From Leucoraja erinacea (lineage: Eukaryota), in contig NC_073395.1 of NCBI RefSeq assembly GCF_028641065.1, forward strand, positions 32,860,001-32,924,000: a DNA stretch of 64,000 bases. The letters are read 5' to 3'. Positions 26,901 to 41,900 of the stretch are shown here, piece after piece; position 1 is the stretch's first letter; every line of letters starts with the position of its first letter. Position numbers and translations under genes: made by a program. The notes under the pieces were generated by a model. That model saw only the letters and a program-made list of their open reading frames with translations, had not been told where the DNA came from and did no database searches.

Positions 26901-29900
26901 AGATCACCTGGATAAATTTCAGATCATACCATGCCCCAGAGTCTCATTGCACAACTTTAAGACTGAAGAATCCTGTTGACCCAACCCAGAAAAGAGATGA
27001 AATGATCCTAACAACCCCTTTAATAAAGAGGCCACGTGGATAGGGAAGGTTTGGAGGAATATGGGCTAAACACAGGCAAGTGGGATTAGTTGTTTGTGTG
27101 CGATTACAAAGTCAAGAGTGAACCATTAGTCTTTTATTAAGATATAAAGGAGAGAGAAAATCATAAACAATCATGCATTTCAAAATCATCCAAGTTCTGC
27201 TTGCAGTAACAAAACCGACCGGTTGCCAAGGGCAGCCCAAAACCCGGACTGGATTACTAGTGGAATGTGTGGCATGCGTAATATGTGTAGTGGAGATTAC
27301 ATAAGCATGGATTAATATAGTTAATCTACACTAGTGTAGATGGATTACAGGATTGAAAAAATAATTTTGAATCAAATGGAAAATTGTCAACCAGAAACTA
27401 CGATTATTAGTTTCCCTGATCTTTGATCATCGTGAAGCCTTTGGACCTCCATCAGCCACTTATCGACTATTTAAAATCCCTCTGAAAGTCATTCCATTCC
27501 TATGATTCTACAAAATACTTGCTGTTTTCATTAGGTATCTCCAATTGAAAATCTCTACAGAGAATGTAGTGGCGACTCTCAGGACTCTCATGCCCAGGAC
27601 TATTGCACAAACCAGGCACGTGCCGTCAGGGTGGGCAAGGTAGGCACTGCCTACCCTGACTAAAATTATAACATAGTAATTACTAAATATAAATAGTAAA
27701 GGCGTGGGAGAATTATGGCTATCTAAGCGATCGATCTCTTACGTACGCACAATTCTCCGTGCCTTTCATCCCCAGCGCTTGCAACACTTGAAGATCTGTG
27801 CAGCCCACGTGCCGTCGTCGCTGCTTGAAGCTGTCAATGACAAGCGGGGCTGAAAGCAGCTGAAATTCTGCCTTTGCAGTACTGGGCATGTGCAGCAGTC
27901 TACTGCTTGCGCAGCGCCAGTTTCTTGGCGGGTTTTTCAAATATGGATTGCCATTATCTTAAGCGTATTTTAAGAAACAAAGAGAGAAGAATGGAGTTTG
28001 TGTAATGTGGTAAGTACATTTCTTGGTGCTATATGTTTTTAAATACCGTATTTCCCGGGGTGGGGCCCGGAAAGGGAGAGTTCCTTTCACAGCATTTGGA
28101 GTGTCTAGCCCGGGGTAAAGTTGCGGGGAGGGCAGGAGCATTGTGAGGGAGGGGGTCGGGATCATGCCAGTAACCCAATCGCGATGCTCCTTGCACAGAG
28201 CCACCGCATTGAGGCCGGGGAGGGAAGCAGCTCGTGTAGCTGCGAGCGGCCGCCGGGCCGGACAGCGGAACCGGCCGCCACCTCAGCTCCTTCTGCCGGC
28301 CCCCGTTCACCTCTGGCAGCTCTCCGTCTGAAAACCTCTCTCCTGCCACTCGCTGGCCTCACTCATGTCAGCCGCTTCCCGCAAATCCTTAAATCCCGAC
28401 GGCCCGATCAAGGGACCAATTGAGGTTACTTGGCTGTCGGAATTTAAGGATTTGCGGGAAGCGGCTGACATGAGTGAAGTCGGCGAGCGGCAGGTGAGAG
28501 GTGTTCATACGGAGAGCACTGCCAAAGGTGAGCGGGCCGGCAGTAGGTGCTGAAGTGGCGGCCGCTCACAGCCACCCGAGCTGCTTCTATCCCCGGCTAC
28601 AACGCGGTGGCTCTGCGTCCGGAGCGCTGCGACAGTGGTGAGTGAGTGAGTTACTGGCACTATCTCCGACCCCCCTCCTTCTCAACGCTCCTGCCCTCCC
28701 CGCAATTTTAACCCCTGGCCAGACTTTCCACACGCTGTGAAAGGAACTCTCCCCCCAACTGGTCACTTGAACTAGTATTATCATTCAATAAGATGACAAC
28801 TGATGGGTGCGCTCCCATTTTTCCCACCATCTCTCCACCTGCCATCATCCTTTACCCCCACCCATTCAGTAATTCAGAATGAAGGAGAATTGGAAGCCTT
28901 GGGCAAATTGAATTGTTACTGTCTTTATTTTTATTTTTTATTTTTACGGAGAGAACAATCTGCGCATGCGCGGTTTAAGTTATTTTTTAAAAAGCCGACT
29001 GACTGCCTACTACCCTGAGTAATTACTCACGGCACGTGCCTGGCACAAACCATTTGTTCGCTGACCTCCCTTTGTCTGGTACGTCAGTGAACATGTAAAC
29101 CACAGCAAGGTGCTGAAACAGGAGGAGGAGGAGAGAGAAGAGATGTCTCCATGGGAAATAATATCCACCCGGCTCATTCTGACATGAAGTCCCTGACCTA
29201 AACCAGGAATAGCGTGTGGTTTGATTTTGTTTTGATAAGTAGATCCTCACAAAAAACTACCAGCGTGTTAGAAAAATCATAATTCTCAGAACAGGGTAAG
29301 GATTGAATTGTCAACAGCTTTCAGGATGCCAATGGCGATAAACCACGAGTTCCTTCCTTCACAGAGAAGAGGACTCATGCACCAATTTTCATTTTCAAGC
29401 TATGGGTGTATCTCATGTCATATTGGCTGCAAAAATCAACTGATCAACTTTGTTGAATTCTTTGCCTTCCATGTCTTTGCCTATCTGGGCGCTCAGATGC
29501 AGCTTCGCTCTGTGGCTGTGCCCAGCCCTTCAAACCTACAAAAATAAACTAATTGATTGTAAATTGATTCAGGGCATTTGGTATGAAAGATTTGCTTTTT
29601 GCACAATGGACCTCTCTTGACGACGTGATTTCAGTAGCAGCACCTCAGAAATTCTTGTCAACTTTTCTGAAGTTATGAGAGAGGGTCATGAAAAATCTGA
29701 GAAAATACAGCATATCATTGGGTGGTTTAAACGGGCATCTGCAGTTCCTTCCTACACCATGTCTTTGGTCATTGCTTGGAGGATATAGCAGAATAAGAAT
29801 AATATTGAAAACTCTTACTTGTTTTTAATCTCTTTTGGATTCCTTCACTCGCATCCATGCCTTTAACTGTTTTTATTTGGAAAACGTACTCTATTCCTGG

Positions 29901-32900
29901 AATTAGATCATTGATTTTGATATTATTGCCTCGTAAAGTTGTTCTGTCTGTTGTTTCATTGATTCCTGGTGAGTAATAACTTAACTGTGTATAAAATAAA
30001 AAGTACAATTTGGGTCAATAACACTTTATTTTACCTGATGTAATGTAATTATAACAATATGATAAATGTTCGTCATTTCTGAAAATGCTTGAAATAAGTT
30101 AATTTGCTAAGCCTGTAAAAGAAAGTGGTACTTCCAAAATAACTTATAATAATTTTCTACATGGTGACTTGAGAAACTACCATGTAAGGTATTTAGCACA
30201 AAGTCCGAAAACAAGTCTACAAATAATGTTTATATTATAGTACAGTAGTTTCAGAAATGTTTATCACATAAACAGTAGGTTAAAATTAGAGATATTAACT
30301 GTATGAACAATTGGATATATATTAACAATATTAACTATTAGAGATATATATCTTTAGATTCTGTTTCTTCTTACTATGAAGTCATCTAAAATACCCTTCA
30401 GCTAATGGTACATAAATATGCTACTCACTTCAAGTGATCAACTGTTATCATGATAGGTAATAAGAGATTCAGTTATGAAATAAAACAAACACATTAAGAT
30501 TAATGGTAATTAAAATAATTAATTAATACATATAATGGTAAATTAGATATAAAAGCCACAATCAGTTGTATACTTGAAAAAACATCTACAGAACACCTAT
30601 TTAATTATTAGGACAACATTGCAACGTGGCTAAAGAAATATATTGTTCGATAATTAATTTTGAATGATAAGAAACTCAATCTAGGCCAGTGTAAACCCAC
30701 ATTGTTAGATGAGCCATATAATGATGCTTGTTCATTAAATATTAAAATATGGCTTCATTTCCACTGAAAGATCATCATTTGCTTATCACAGTCAGGCAAC
30801 ATTAACTTCACAACCATGAAACTGAAAACCCCACCTAGTAACCTGCTTTCCGTAGAAGAAGTTGAATTTCAAATATAAAAATGTAGCTGAATTTGACACG
30901 TCAAAGTTGATGCTTCACTTACCTCGAATATATCAAAATCCCCTCTTGGAAGCTTCCAATATAAGTATACAGTGTTCTCATCCAGTTCAACAAACTGCAA
31001 ATCTACTGGTGGTTCAGGATCTAGGGAATACATACAATGGCTTATTTTGATAACTTATGTATTTTTGTAGAATATTCCACAATATTTCCCAAAATGAATA
31101 TGAGCCTATAACAATGGTTATAGCTCCAGATATTCAAATATATGGAGCTTCAGATACTCAAATCAAATGGTCAATTGTACAACGTCAATTTTGTGATACT
31201 GATCCAGGGCCCGCACAGAAATAGGGATTGGTCTGATCGTGTTTAATCTGATCTACTGCTTGGCCTGGAAACAATGCTTATGGTTCCCAAGCATCTCCCA
31301 ATGCAAGCACAGTGGGCAATGCCCAACAAGGAGGCCTCCAATTGACACATGGCTGATGACAATTTGTGCTATCAAGACCCCATTTCACTGTTTTAAATAC
31401 CTCTGACGATCACAGCCAAAATTGATTTAAACAAGAAAACTTAAAGTATCAAAATTAATTAAAAGTGCATTAAGCTATTATTAATTAACTACAACTGCAA
31501 AATAAACAAAAGTAATCAAAAGCTTATCTAAACATATCTTGTTTATGAAGATTAGATCGCATCCAAGGACAAAAAGGCTAGCTGACAGAGAGTAAATTGG
31601 TTCGGGAAGGAAGGCACTATGGTGGAAGGCTTCACTTGGACTGGAGGCCTGCAGGAACTATACTTCAAGATTGGTGTGCAACCGTCCAGAGTGGTTTAAT
31701 AAAATCAGGATGGGAGACCCCTTCCACCCCTGCAACGGACTGTTCCAGCTGCGACGGTCAGGCAAACGCCTCCGTTGCCATGTGGTGAGAACGGAGAGGT
31801 TGAGAAGGAGTTTCTTCCCAGAGGCAATTCGGACTGTAAACACCTATCTCACCAGGGACTAACTCTACTGAACGTTTTTCCGTCCATTATTTATTATGTA
31901 AAAGAATATGTGTGTTATGATTGTGTTTATAATTTGTTTGGTTGTTTTGTTGTTTGTCTTTTGCACAAAGGTCCGCGAGCATTGCCACTTCATTTCACAT
32001 CTCGTATGTGTATGTGACAAATAAACTTGACTTGACTTGACTTGCATGGGTTCCAGAGAGTGCTAGCTGACTCCAGAGAAAATTGGCTTAATGGAAGGAA
32101 GGAAAGGGTGATGTGAGAAGGCTGGTTTTTGGACTGGAGGCCTGTGACTAGTAGTATGCTTCAGAGATTGGTGTTGGGCCCGTTGCTGTTTGTGGTTTAT
32201 ATCAATGACTTAGATGAGGATGTGGAAGACATGATTAGTAGGTTTGCAGATGAGTGGTATTGTAGATAGCGAAGATGGTTATCAAAAATTACAGTAGAAT
32301 CTTGATCGATGGACAGAGCAATGTGAATGGAGTTTAATGCAGATGAGTGTGAGGCGTTGCATTTTGGCAAGTCAAATCAGGATAGGACTTCACAATTAAT
32401 GGCAGAGCTCTGGTGAGTGTTGTAGAACAGAGGGATCTAGGAGCTAAGATACATAGTTCCTTGAAAGTGGTGCCACAGGTAAATAGGATGGTTAAGAATG
32501 TTTTCGGCACATTGGCCCTCATCCATCAGCATAATTAGTCCATAAGTTGGGATGTGATGTTACAGTTGTACAATAAATTGGTGAGGCCACATTTGGAATA
32601 TTGTAGGTACACAAAAATGCTGGAGAAACTCAGCGGGTGCAGCAGCATCTATGGAGCGAAGGAAATATGTAACGCTTCAGACTGTGTTGGAATTTTGGAA
32701 TATTGTGTTCAGTTTTGGTCACCCTGCTACAGAAAAGATAACATTAAGATGGAAAGAGATGGTTCTCATAGGATTTAACATTTAGCATTAAATCACATTA
32801 CTGGCATTGTGTACATGTACATAACAACTCAACGTACAGGTTATAACAATGTAGACTGATTATTAGACATTTTACTTTTGTAACAAAACTCACAGGTTGT

Positions 32901-35900
32901 TATAGTAATTGTCGTGGGATAGCTCTTCTTTGTTGCACTTGTGGTCTCAATAGTTATAGAGTAGGCGATACCTGGCATTAACTTATCATAATGGTATGTT
33001 CTGCACAATATGAAAATATATAAAATTAAATTGTTACATTCTTATAGTTATATCCTTACAGCAAAGCTTCTGCATTGTTGTAGCTCAGTAAGTTGTCCAG
33101 TTTAGTTCAAGAACTTTATTTCAAGAACAGTAAATGATCAGTATTTCCATTTGAATTCATAATCAATTAGAAGCACGTTATGAAGTTTCATGTGATATGA
33201 TCGGTATTTCACAAATGACTCCAAAGCCCAATAACAATAAGGTTAGTATGATTAAACGTTCAGCAGAAATAAAATTCCTATATCTCTACCCATATACTGG
33301 AAAAAGTAATTTTACAAATAGTAAAGATAATTAGACAAAGAAATATTGTAATGCAGATTTGCTATGGTAATAGGTACACAAAATTGCTGGAGAAACTCAG
33401 CGGGTGCAGCAGCATCTATGAAGGAAATAGACGACGTTTCGGGCCGAAACCCTTCTTCAGACTGTGGTAATATATTCATTTACATCATGAAACATCATTT
33501 ACATCATGCAGGCTTTAAATCCTTTGAATTCTCAGAATAATACATTTAAATCCTCAGAATAATCTATTTCAAAACACCTGATTTACTTTAAAAACAATGA
33601 ACTGCAGATGCTGGTTTACAAATGAAAACACAGAGTGCTGGAGTAGCTCAGCAGGTCAGGCAGCATTTCACAAGTACATGGATAGGTGACATTTCGGGTC
33701 AGGACATTTCTTTCAACTGATTATAGGTGGGGGGGTGGGGGGTGGTAAAGAAAGCTGGACGAAAGGAAGGATGGGATAAAGCCTGGCAGGTAATAGGCTG
33801 ACACATGTAGGGAAGATTATTTTATAGGCAGATGGTTGGACAAAGGCCAGAGATAAAAAAATCCAGAAGGTGTTAGATAAATGGATTGAAGTGTGAAGCT
33901 AGAGGAAGGAATGCAGGTGGAAGGGGAGTGGGAGGGGAGTAGTAGGTGCATGTCCAGGTGAGGGAGACGGGAGGGGGGAAAGTAGGGGGGTTCAACAGGG
34001 GGTGCAGATTGGCGGTTATGTGGGGGAAGAAGGGAGAGGGGGAGGGTTATGTAGTTACCTAAAATTGGAGAAATCCATGTGCATACCGTTTGGTTGCAAG
34101 TTATCCATGCAGAATATGAGGTGTTGTTTCTCCAGTTTGAATTTAGCCTCACTTTGGCAATGGAGGAGGCCGAGGACAGAAAGGTCAGTATGGGAATGGG
34201 AAGGGGAGTTAAAATGACCAGGTGGGGCACAGGGAAGTGGGGAGAGGGGGGTGGTGGGGGTGGGGCGTGGCGGCAGGTCTCCGGTTTTCCGATGTGGCCT
34301 CCTGTATATTGGTGAGACCGAGCGTACACTCGTCGACCGTTTCGCCGAACATTGGCCTCCAGGTTCTCCGTGTTAAAATCCATTTTAACTCCTCTTCCCA
34401 CTGCAAGTTTTCTGATTGTGCCTAGTTTGGTGCACTGTAAATACTGTGGACAGACCCAAATACTACAAATTTGACAAATTGACGGGCAACCGTGAAAAAT
34501 TAGATAAATGGCCTGAGCTAATAGGTGTATATCTGAGGAGATCTGCTTCTCATCCCAAAAAGATTTAAGTATTTTCTGAATAATGGTGAGTGGCAAGTTC
34601 TCTTTTGTGAAAAAGGGGTTGAAATAAATGAGGTAGAAAGTATGTGTTTAGGCATAATAAGCTGGTGTAACTCAGCGGGACAGACAGGCAGCATCGCTGG
34701 AGAAAAGGAATAAGTGACGTTTCCGGTCGAGACCCTTCTGTAGACAAATAATATGGTTATATTAACACTGAAGTCAAGATAAGAGTTCTGCAATCAGTTC
34801 TGTGGACTGCATGTCAGAAGGGATACACTGGCTTCGGAGGAGGGGCAACATGGATTCAAAGATTAATTGACTTGATTTCGGAAGTGGCGGCGCTGTTAAC
34901 AGCTGCGGCTTGCCTGCAGTCCGTCTGTCTTTACTTTTTGTTGTTGTTTTTTTTGTCTTGTTTTGGCTAAGTTTTAGTTTGTTGGGTTGTGTTATGGGGT
35001 GGGGGGGGGGGTGTGAAACATGTTTTTTTTTCTCTCCCTTCGGGGGAATGTGGCTTTTTCTTGTAATATCCCCCTCGCTTCTCTGCCTCCGGCTGCGCTG
35101 AGGCCTAATGGCGGAGCTGGCGGTCTCCAACCTGCGACCGACCTCGAGGCTCCGGAGGCAGAGCCAGCCAGAACTTACCAGCGCGAGGCTGGCTGACTTC
35201 GGGGCCGAGGCAACGGTGGCCCGACTCGCTGATGCGGCGTTCCAGCTTTCGGCAGCGGCCCGGAGCTGAGACTGCGGGACTCGGAGCTGATGCAGCGGCC
35301 CGGGCTGGGGCTGCAGGACTCGGAGCTGATGCAGCGGGACTCGGAGGCTGATGCAGCGGCCCGGAGCTGTTGCAGCGGGACTCGGAGCCGAGGCTGCGGG
35401 ACTCGGAGCTGGGGCAGCGGGACTCGGAGCTGGGGCAGCGGGACTCGGAGCTGGGGCAGCGGGACTCGGAGCTGGGGCAGCGGGACTCGGAGCTGGGGCA
35501 GCGGGACTCGGAGCTGGGGCAGCGGGACTCGGAGCTGGGGCAGCGGGACTTGGAGCTGATGCAGCGGGACTCAGAGCTGGGGCAGTGGGACTCGGAGCTG
35601 GGGCAGCGGGACTCGGAGCTGGGGCAGCGGGACTCGGAGCTGATGCAGCGGGACTCGGAGCTGAGGCTCTGGCAGGCGGACTCGGAGCGGAGACGGCGTT
35701 CCGGCTTTCGGCAGCGGCGACACCACCACGGAGGTCCGCTGGACTGGAGAGCGACATCTTCGGCCTGGATCGATCGCCTCAGCGCAGAGGGAGAACAGGG
35801 AGGGAAGAGACAGAGACTAAAACTTTTGCCTCCATCACAGTGAGGAGGTGCTTGGTGAACTCACTGTGGTGGATGTTAATTTGTGTTTATTGTATGTTTT

Positions 35901-38900
35901 GTTATTTATTGTTACTGTGTATGACTGCAGGCAACATAATTTTGTTCAGACCAAAAGGAATCAAATTCAAATTCAAATTTGGTTGTACAGACTAGATTTG
36001 CCTTATATTTGATGACATGAAATTACCAGGTGACCTATTAAATTATTTCAGGTATGTAAAATAATGTATAGGATAAAGGGAAGAAATTGTATCCTCTGGT
36101 TTGTGATCCCAGACAAGGAATTGCAACTTAAAAATCAACATTCAGCCATTGAGGGATGATGTCAGGAAGTCCATCTTCTTCACACAGGCAGTGGGGGAAG
36201 TCAAGTTCATTCCCAGGGCTAGATCAAATATAAATTAAAAAACTTAGATTGATGATTTATTTTGGCAAGATTATTATACCATGGGGAGGCAGAGTCAAGG
36301 TAGGGATCGTCCGTGATGGAAGTGAGTGGCAAATTATCAAAGACCTTGACAATCCTACTCTTATACTGTGGACAAGTGTAGCTGCCAACCTCTGCAAACA
36401 ACAAATGTTAAACGCAACTGATCTGGATTGTTGGAGTTGATAAGAAAAACTTTGACCATCACTCCAACAGAACATGTAATTTATCAAAGGTTACACAGAA
36501 AAGCTGGAGAAACTCAGCGGATGCAGCAGCATCTATGGAGCGAAGGAAATAGGCAACGTTTCGGGCCGAAACCCTTCTTCAGACTGATCGGGGGCGGGGG
36601 TGGGCGGGGACAAGAAAGGAAAAAGGAGGAGCCCGAAGGCTGGGGGATGGGAGGAGACAGCAGGGGGACTAAAGAAGGGGAGGAGACAGCAAGGACTAAC
36701 AAAATTGGGAGAATTCGATGTTCATGCCCCCAGGATGCAGACTCCCCAAACGGAATATGAGGTGCTGTTCCTCCAATTTCCGGTGCTGCTCGCTGTGGCC
36801 ATGGAGGAGACCCAGGACAGAGAGGTCGGAGACGGAGTGGGAGGGGGAGTTGAAGTGCTGAGCCACCGGGTTGTAATTTATCAACTCTTGCTATCTTTAA
36901 CGTCCACCTGAGTGGACAGAAAGATCCTCAGCTTTAAATTGTCATCATAAATAAATACCAGCACGTTGATGCTGTTCCATGGCTAGTTTGTGCACTCGTT
37001 GACAAAGAAATGAAAGTTCATTATCACATTATGGTACTATGTCACAATTTCCATAAATTATTTAAAATTTAACTGGTTATATATTTTGTATTTTATCAAT
37101 TTAATTTCAGATATCTGAGAAAGTAACATGTTTGTATTATTAATTTTAAGAAATTCTAGTTTCAAAAATGCTCTATCTTACCGTGAGCGGGTAAATGGAA
37201 TTTCAACAACGTGGTGCATAGATTTGCTGGAGACTGTTAGATTATAGCCATCAAATACATAAACAGCTTCTGGCCAGCTGAGTGTGATTGAATCCGATGT
37301 CTTGTTATAATTCAGATACTCCACTGGACTTGGCACTAAAACAGCAAGGATGAACAATGGTTGTGGGCTAACGTGGATTCACCAAATTTACAATAGTACA
37401 TATTGTCAGAATTAGGAAGGATGTGTTAAGAATGATAAATCTTTTTACTAATGATAGGGCAGTAGATGCAGCACCATTTGGAAACAACCAAAAATAATCC
37501 AGTGTTTAAGAAGGAACTGCAGATGCTGGAAAATCGAAGGTACAAAAAAATGCTGGAGAAACTCAGCGGGTGCAGCAGCATCTATGGAGCGAAGGAAATA
37601 GGCAATGTTTCGGGCCGAAACTCTTCTTCAGACTGATAATCCAAGGAGGATGGTTATAGTAGCCGACTTCTGGAATAGGAATAGTGTTATGTAAATTCAG
37701 AAAATGATTAAAGGACAGGTGTGCTTTAATGATATTTTGTTCACTCCAGTTTTATATATAGGATGCCTGAATGATATCCAGCTGAGAAATAAGTCTTGAT
37801 ACATGAACACAGCCATTTTAAACGATTTACTCATTGCCAAGAGTAAATAACGTAAATCAACTTCACCCCAATTTATTGGATTCGATTCATTATGAGTTGG
37901 GTGGGCATTAAAAAATATTTTTATTGAAATGAATGAAAATTCTTCTTTATATGGTTAACTGTGGCAGTATAATTTAGCTTTGTTTTTATACAACTGCTGA
38001 GACTGTAGACAAACTAAAACAGACTTTGGATCAGAATTGCTATCCACCGTACTCCAAACTTACCCCAAGGCAAATTACTATCCTAAACATTATGCTTCAA
38101 CTGAAATTTCATTTCATGAAAAAATATCCAAAAAATGTAATTATCTAAGAAGCCTTAAACATCACCTTCCCCAACCCATTAGGGTTGAGCATGATTATCC
38201 ACAACATTGGTGCCTTGTTCAGTTTCAGTTTCAATTTCAGTTTAGTTTATTGTCACGTGTACCAAGGTACAGTGCAAAGCTTTTTTTTGCATGCTAACCA
38301 GTCAGCGGAAAGACAATGCATCATTACAATCGAGCCATTCACAGTGTGCAGATACATGATAAGGGAATAACGTAAAGCGCAAGGTAAGGCCAGTAAAGCC
38401 TGATGTTTTAACCTAAGATATTCTCTAAACCCCAGTTTCAGTCCAAATGTATTACATTTTAATTCCTCATCCTCCTTTCTACCCTATTGCTACCTTGTTT
38501 AATTTTCAGGTTAAAGAACGATGTACAACTTTTGCATTTTGGCATTGCATTTTGTTTCTACATCCCCAACTGAATCCTCTGCCTTCAATACACCACCTCT
38601 ACTTCTAAAGCTTTCAACTACCTATATTCCACTCCTGCAAAGGCCATCATTAAACACATTAATCCACACACATCTTAAATCTTCAAAATCCAAAAAAACA
38701 TTCCCTTCAATATTTTAAAGTTTGGAAAGGATAATATAGATTTAATTTATGAATGGAAGAAAGCTCAAACATTAACATTAGCTGAAGGCTACCGAGCATT
38801 TAACCATTCCATCTACGCCACTGAAATGAACAGAGGAAAAATTATAATGTATTTAAAATAAAGTTAAAGTGAAACCTTACATGTACGTATTAATTGTGAA

Positions 38901-41900
38901 ACAGGAATGCTATCTTGATAGTTTTCCTTTTCTGTTCGAAGTGAAATATTATACAGTTTTCCTGGCGTCAGCTTTGTAAATACTATGTGCTCTCGTTTGA
39001 CCTTTTGAACCTGAAATAAACAACAGATAATGCAATAAATATTGCAAAATTTAAAGATTTGTAATTCAATATATCTCACTTTAATAAGTAAAGTTGGAAG
39101 ATCTTTCAATAAAATTTTGTTTGTCAAAAAGTCAGTATTAATTTAACTGCACAATGACATTTTATCTTAATTACAAATTGAAATTGAAAATCTGCAGTTA
39201 AATTTATGTTACTTTACATGCAAAATATGATAAATGCTTAAATAGACCAAGAGCAAAGTGAGGTTACCACAAGCTGTCTGTCACAATTTATACATATGAC
39301 TTCATATTGGTTGAAATGGCCTTCTGCTTTATCCCACAGTAATTCCAGTGATGTTTCTGTGACTTTCCCTTCACGTAAATTAGTGGGTGGGCCCAAACCT
39401 ATAATAAAAAGAGAATCAGTAACACAAACAATGTATAGAGTCAGTTACAGGTTTTTTTATTTTAGCATTATTGGTACAATACAAATGCAAGTTATCATGG
39501 CAGATCCCGTAGTCAGGATCAAACCCGGGCCTCTGGCACTGTAAAGCAACAGCTCCACTCCTGCACTGCTGTGCCACCCGTAACACTGTCTACACAGATA
39601 CTGCAATTCCAACTCTAGTCTATAGAAGCAATTTTTTGTTTTCTCCTATTTGAATATTGTAAGATATTGGCAATGATTACTGCAGAATTATTGGGCAGGA
39701 AGTTACAAATTCTGACAGTCAAAACCATCAGCCACAAGTTGATTAATTTGTCATCACATAGAACATTATCCGAACTGAAACAGATTATGTTGCTGTATGC
39801 AGCACACCCAGGCTGCATATTTGTATTCATATTAAGTAATGAGTTTGAACCAAGAAAAACTGAGCTGTAAATATCTGCCATCGTCATAATAAAGAAATAA
39901 GTAATGACCCCTTTAAGAAGTGACGTTTTTGCAAGATATTAATAAACTATAAAGAATTGCTTTAACGGTAGAAACTTCTGGAACTTATGTAATTCAAAAA
40001 CACAGACATAAGCTTCGTAGAAATAAATCTAACAACAAAAAATTTCAAAGTTCAGATGATGAAGGAAGTATAAACAGGTCATGGACATCTCTCTAGCACT
40101 TTGAAGTTCAGAGACCAAGATTGGGACTACAAAAATATGTTAGATAGGTAAATGTCTGATATGGGTAGACTCTGGCCTGTGTCCTTTTTTGTTTCTAGCT
40201 CTGGTTAGACTGGCGGTTATGAAGAGATTTGCTATCCTTCTTTTGATTTGGAATTAGGAGGACCATATGCTTCCACACAGCAAAGTAGCAAACTTTCATA
40301 TTCAAGGGGATAACTGTAAAGCACCATCTATGTAATGTTTCCTAAGTTTGACCTTGTAGTAGACATATCAATATATCATGACAGTCATCTTAAAATGCGG
40401 CAACAAGATATTTGTTCAAAGCGCTTGCTTATTGTGTTCATTTTCTTTTTGCAGTTGCCAAATAACACATTTGTCTATCCCAGTGCTTCTTTTCGAGCTT
40501 CATACGACTTTAATTTGCTTGGTAATGTCGCTGACTTGAATTTATACTGCCAGGAAACAAAGTGTAATGTAAGCTGATTGACCAATCCACTTTGTCATTT
40601 AACACACTTTAGTGATAGATCTACCAACCTAACTCCATTACTGAAACTGACACCTTAACCGTGTAACTTCTGGCTTCAACAGACAAACATATCATTTTCC
40701 AGATTAAAGAGGAATTTTGGATGCAGTATTGCACCCTAAAAAAGTGAAGTCATGTTTTCATTAATAACGGCACAGAAATTTGAGAAAATGTGAAGACCCG
40801 GGAATTAGTCACAGAAAAATCCTGTTCCTGGTACAAATAACAGAAATAAAGATTAAATATTTTTTGAGGAAGATATATTTACATTGATGTTAGAATTACT
40901 AGAAAAATCTGTGATGGCATCGGCATAGAATTTGCTGTGAGAAAGAAAGACAAAGTTGTCAAAGTACTTGGTGCTAATGAAGAATGTACATACAATTAAA
41001 CATTTATTATCAGTGTCTGTGGTCAGGCTGCACAGTTTTGCATTCTTCTCTTATTAAATCTATAGAAAATAATAACTAGATCAGAACTTAGGAAAACTGT
41101 GAACCATTATTTTGGTAAGAAACCTGGAAATGTTGTGGTTTGTGGCATGAAATGCAACTGAGCTTTTTATAGTGTAAGAAATTGTAATTACTGCCTAGCT
41201 ACAACAGCTTAAAACATGCTTTTATCTGCTTGGAACTTCATTCCTCTGTATAAATAAACCAACCATCTATTCTTTTTATAAACGTTTCCTTTAAAAGTTT
41301 ACTTTTCAGCGTTTACATGAATCTCATATGTAGAGAGAAAACTTTATTTCACTTTGTAAAAATGTTTTAAAAGTTAGAATTTCCTCTGATTTGCCATCAG
41401 AATTCTTCAAAATAAATGGCTGCTTATCCCTATTCAATATTATCACTGTTCCTGTATGCCAGAGGTCCCATAGGGTTGATGCTAGACAGCAAGTGACATT
41501 AAGAAAGAGGGAATATTCATTCCACATAGAATATTAGATCTTCAAACGTAACTCTCCTCATGGTCAGTGTAAATGCATTTGGTTTATCACCTGCTAACAG
41601 TCAGGTCAATGATCCTTCACCTTACACAGGGACATTTCAAGTAGGTATTTAATGGAAGTAACAGATTATTTCAGAATTCATAGGAGTAGAATTAGACCAT
41701 TTCTACCAATTGAGTATCATTCAATTGTGGCTGATCTAACATTCCCTCTCAACCCCATTCTCCCACTTACTTCCAGTAAATTTTGACACCCTTACTACTC
41801 AACAACCTGTCAATCTCCACTTTAAAAATACTCAATGACTTGGGCCCCACAGCCGCCTGTGGCAATGAATTCCATATATATTTTTAATGAGAAGGACGAT

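Noticed and set aside
35274-35690. Repeat array superficially like CRISPR
   Set aside because: Head-to-tail units with no unique spacers; eukaryotic intron; no cas genes.
34774-35995. Long Pro/Ala-, Gly/Ala- and QRDSELG-repeat ORFs on both strands
   Set aside because: By-products of the stop-free 21-bp minisatellite; no splice or domain support.
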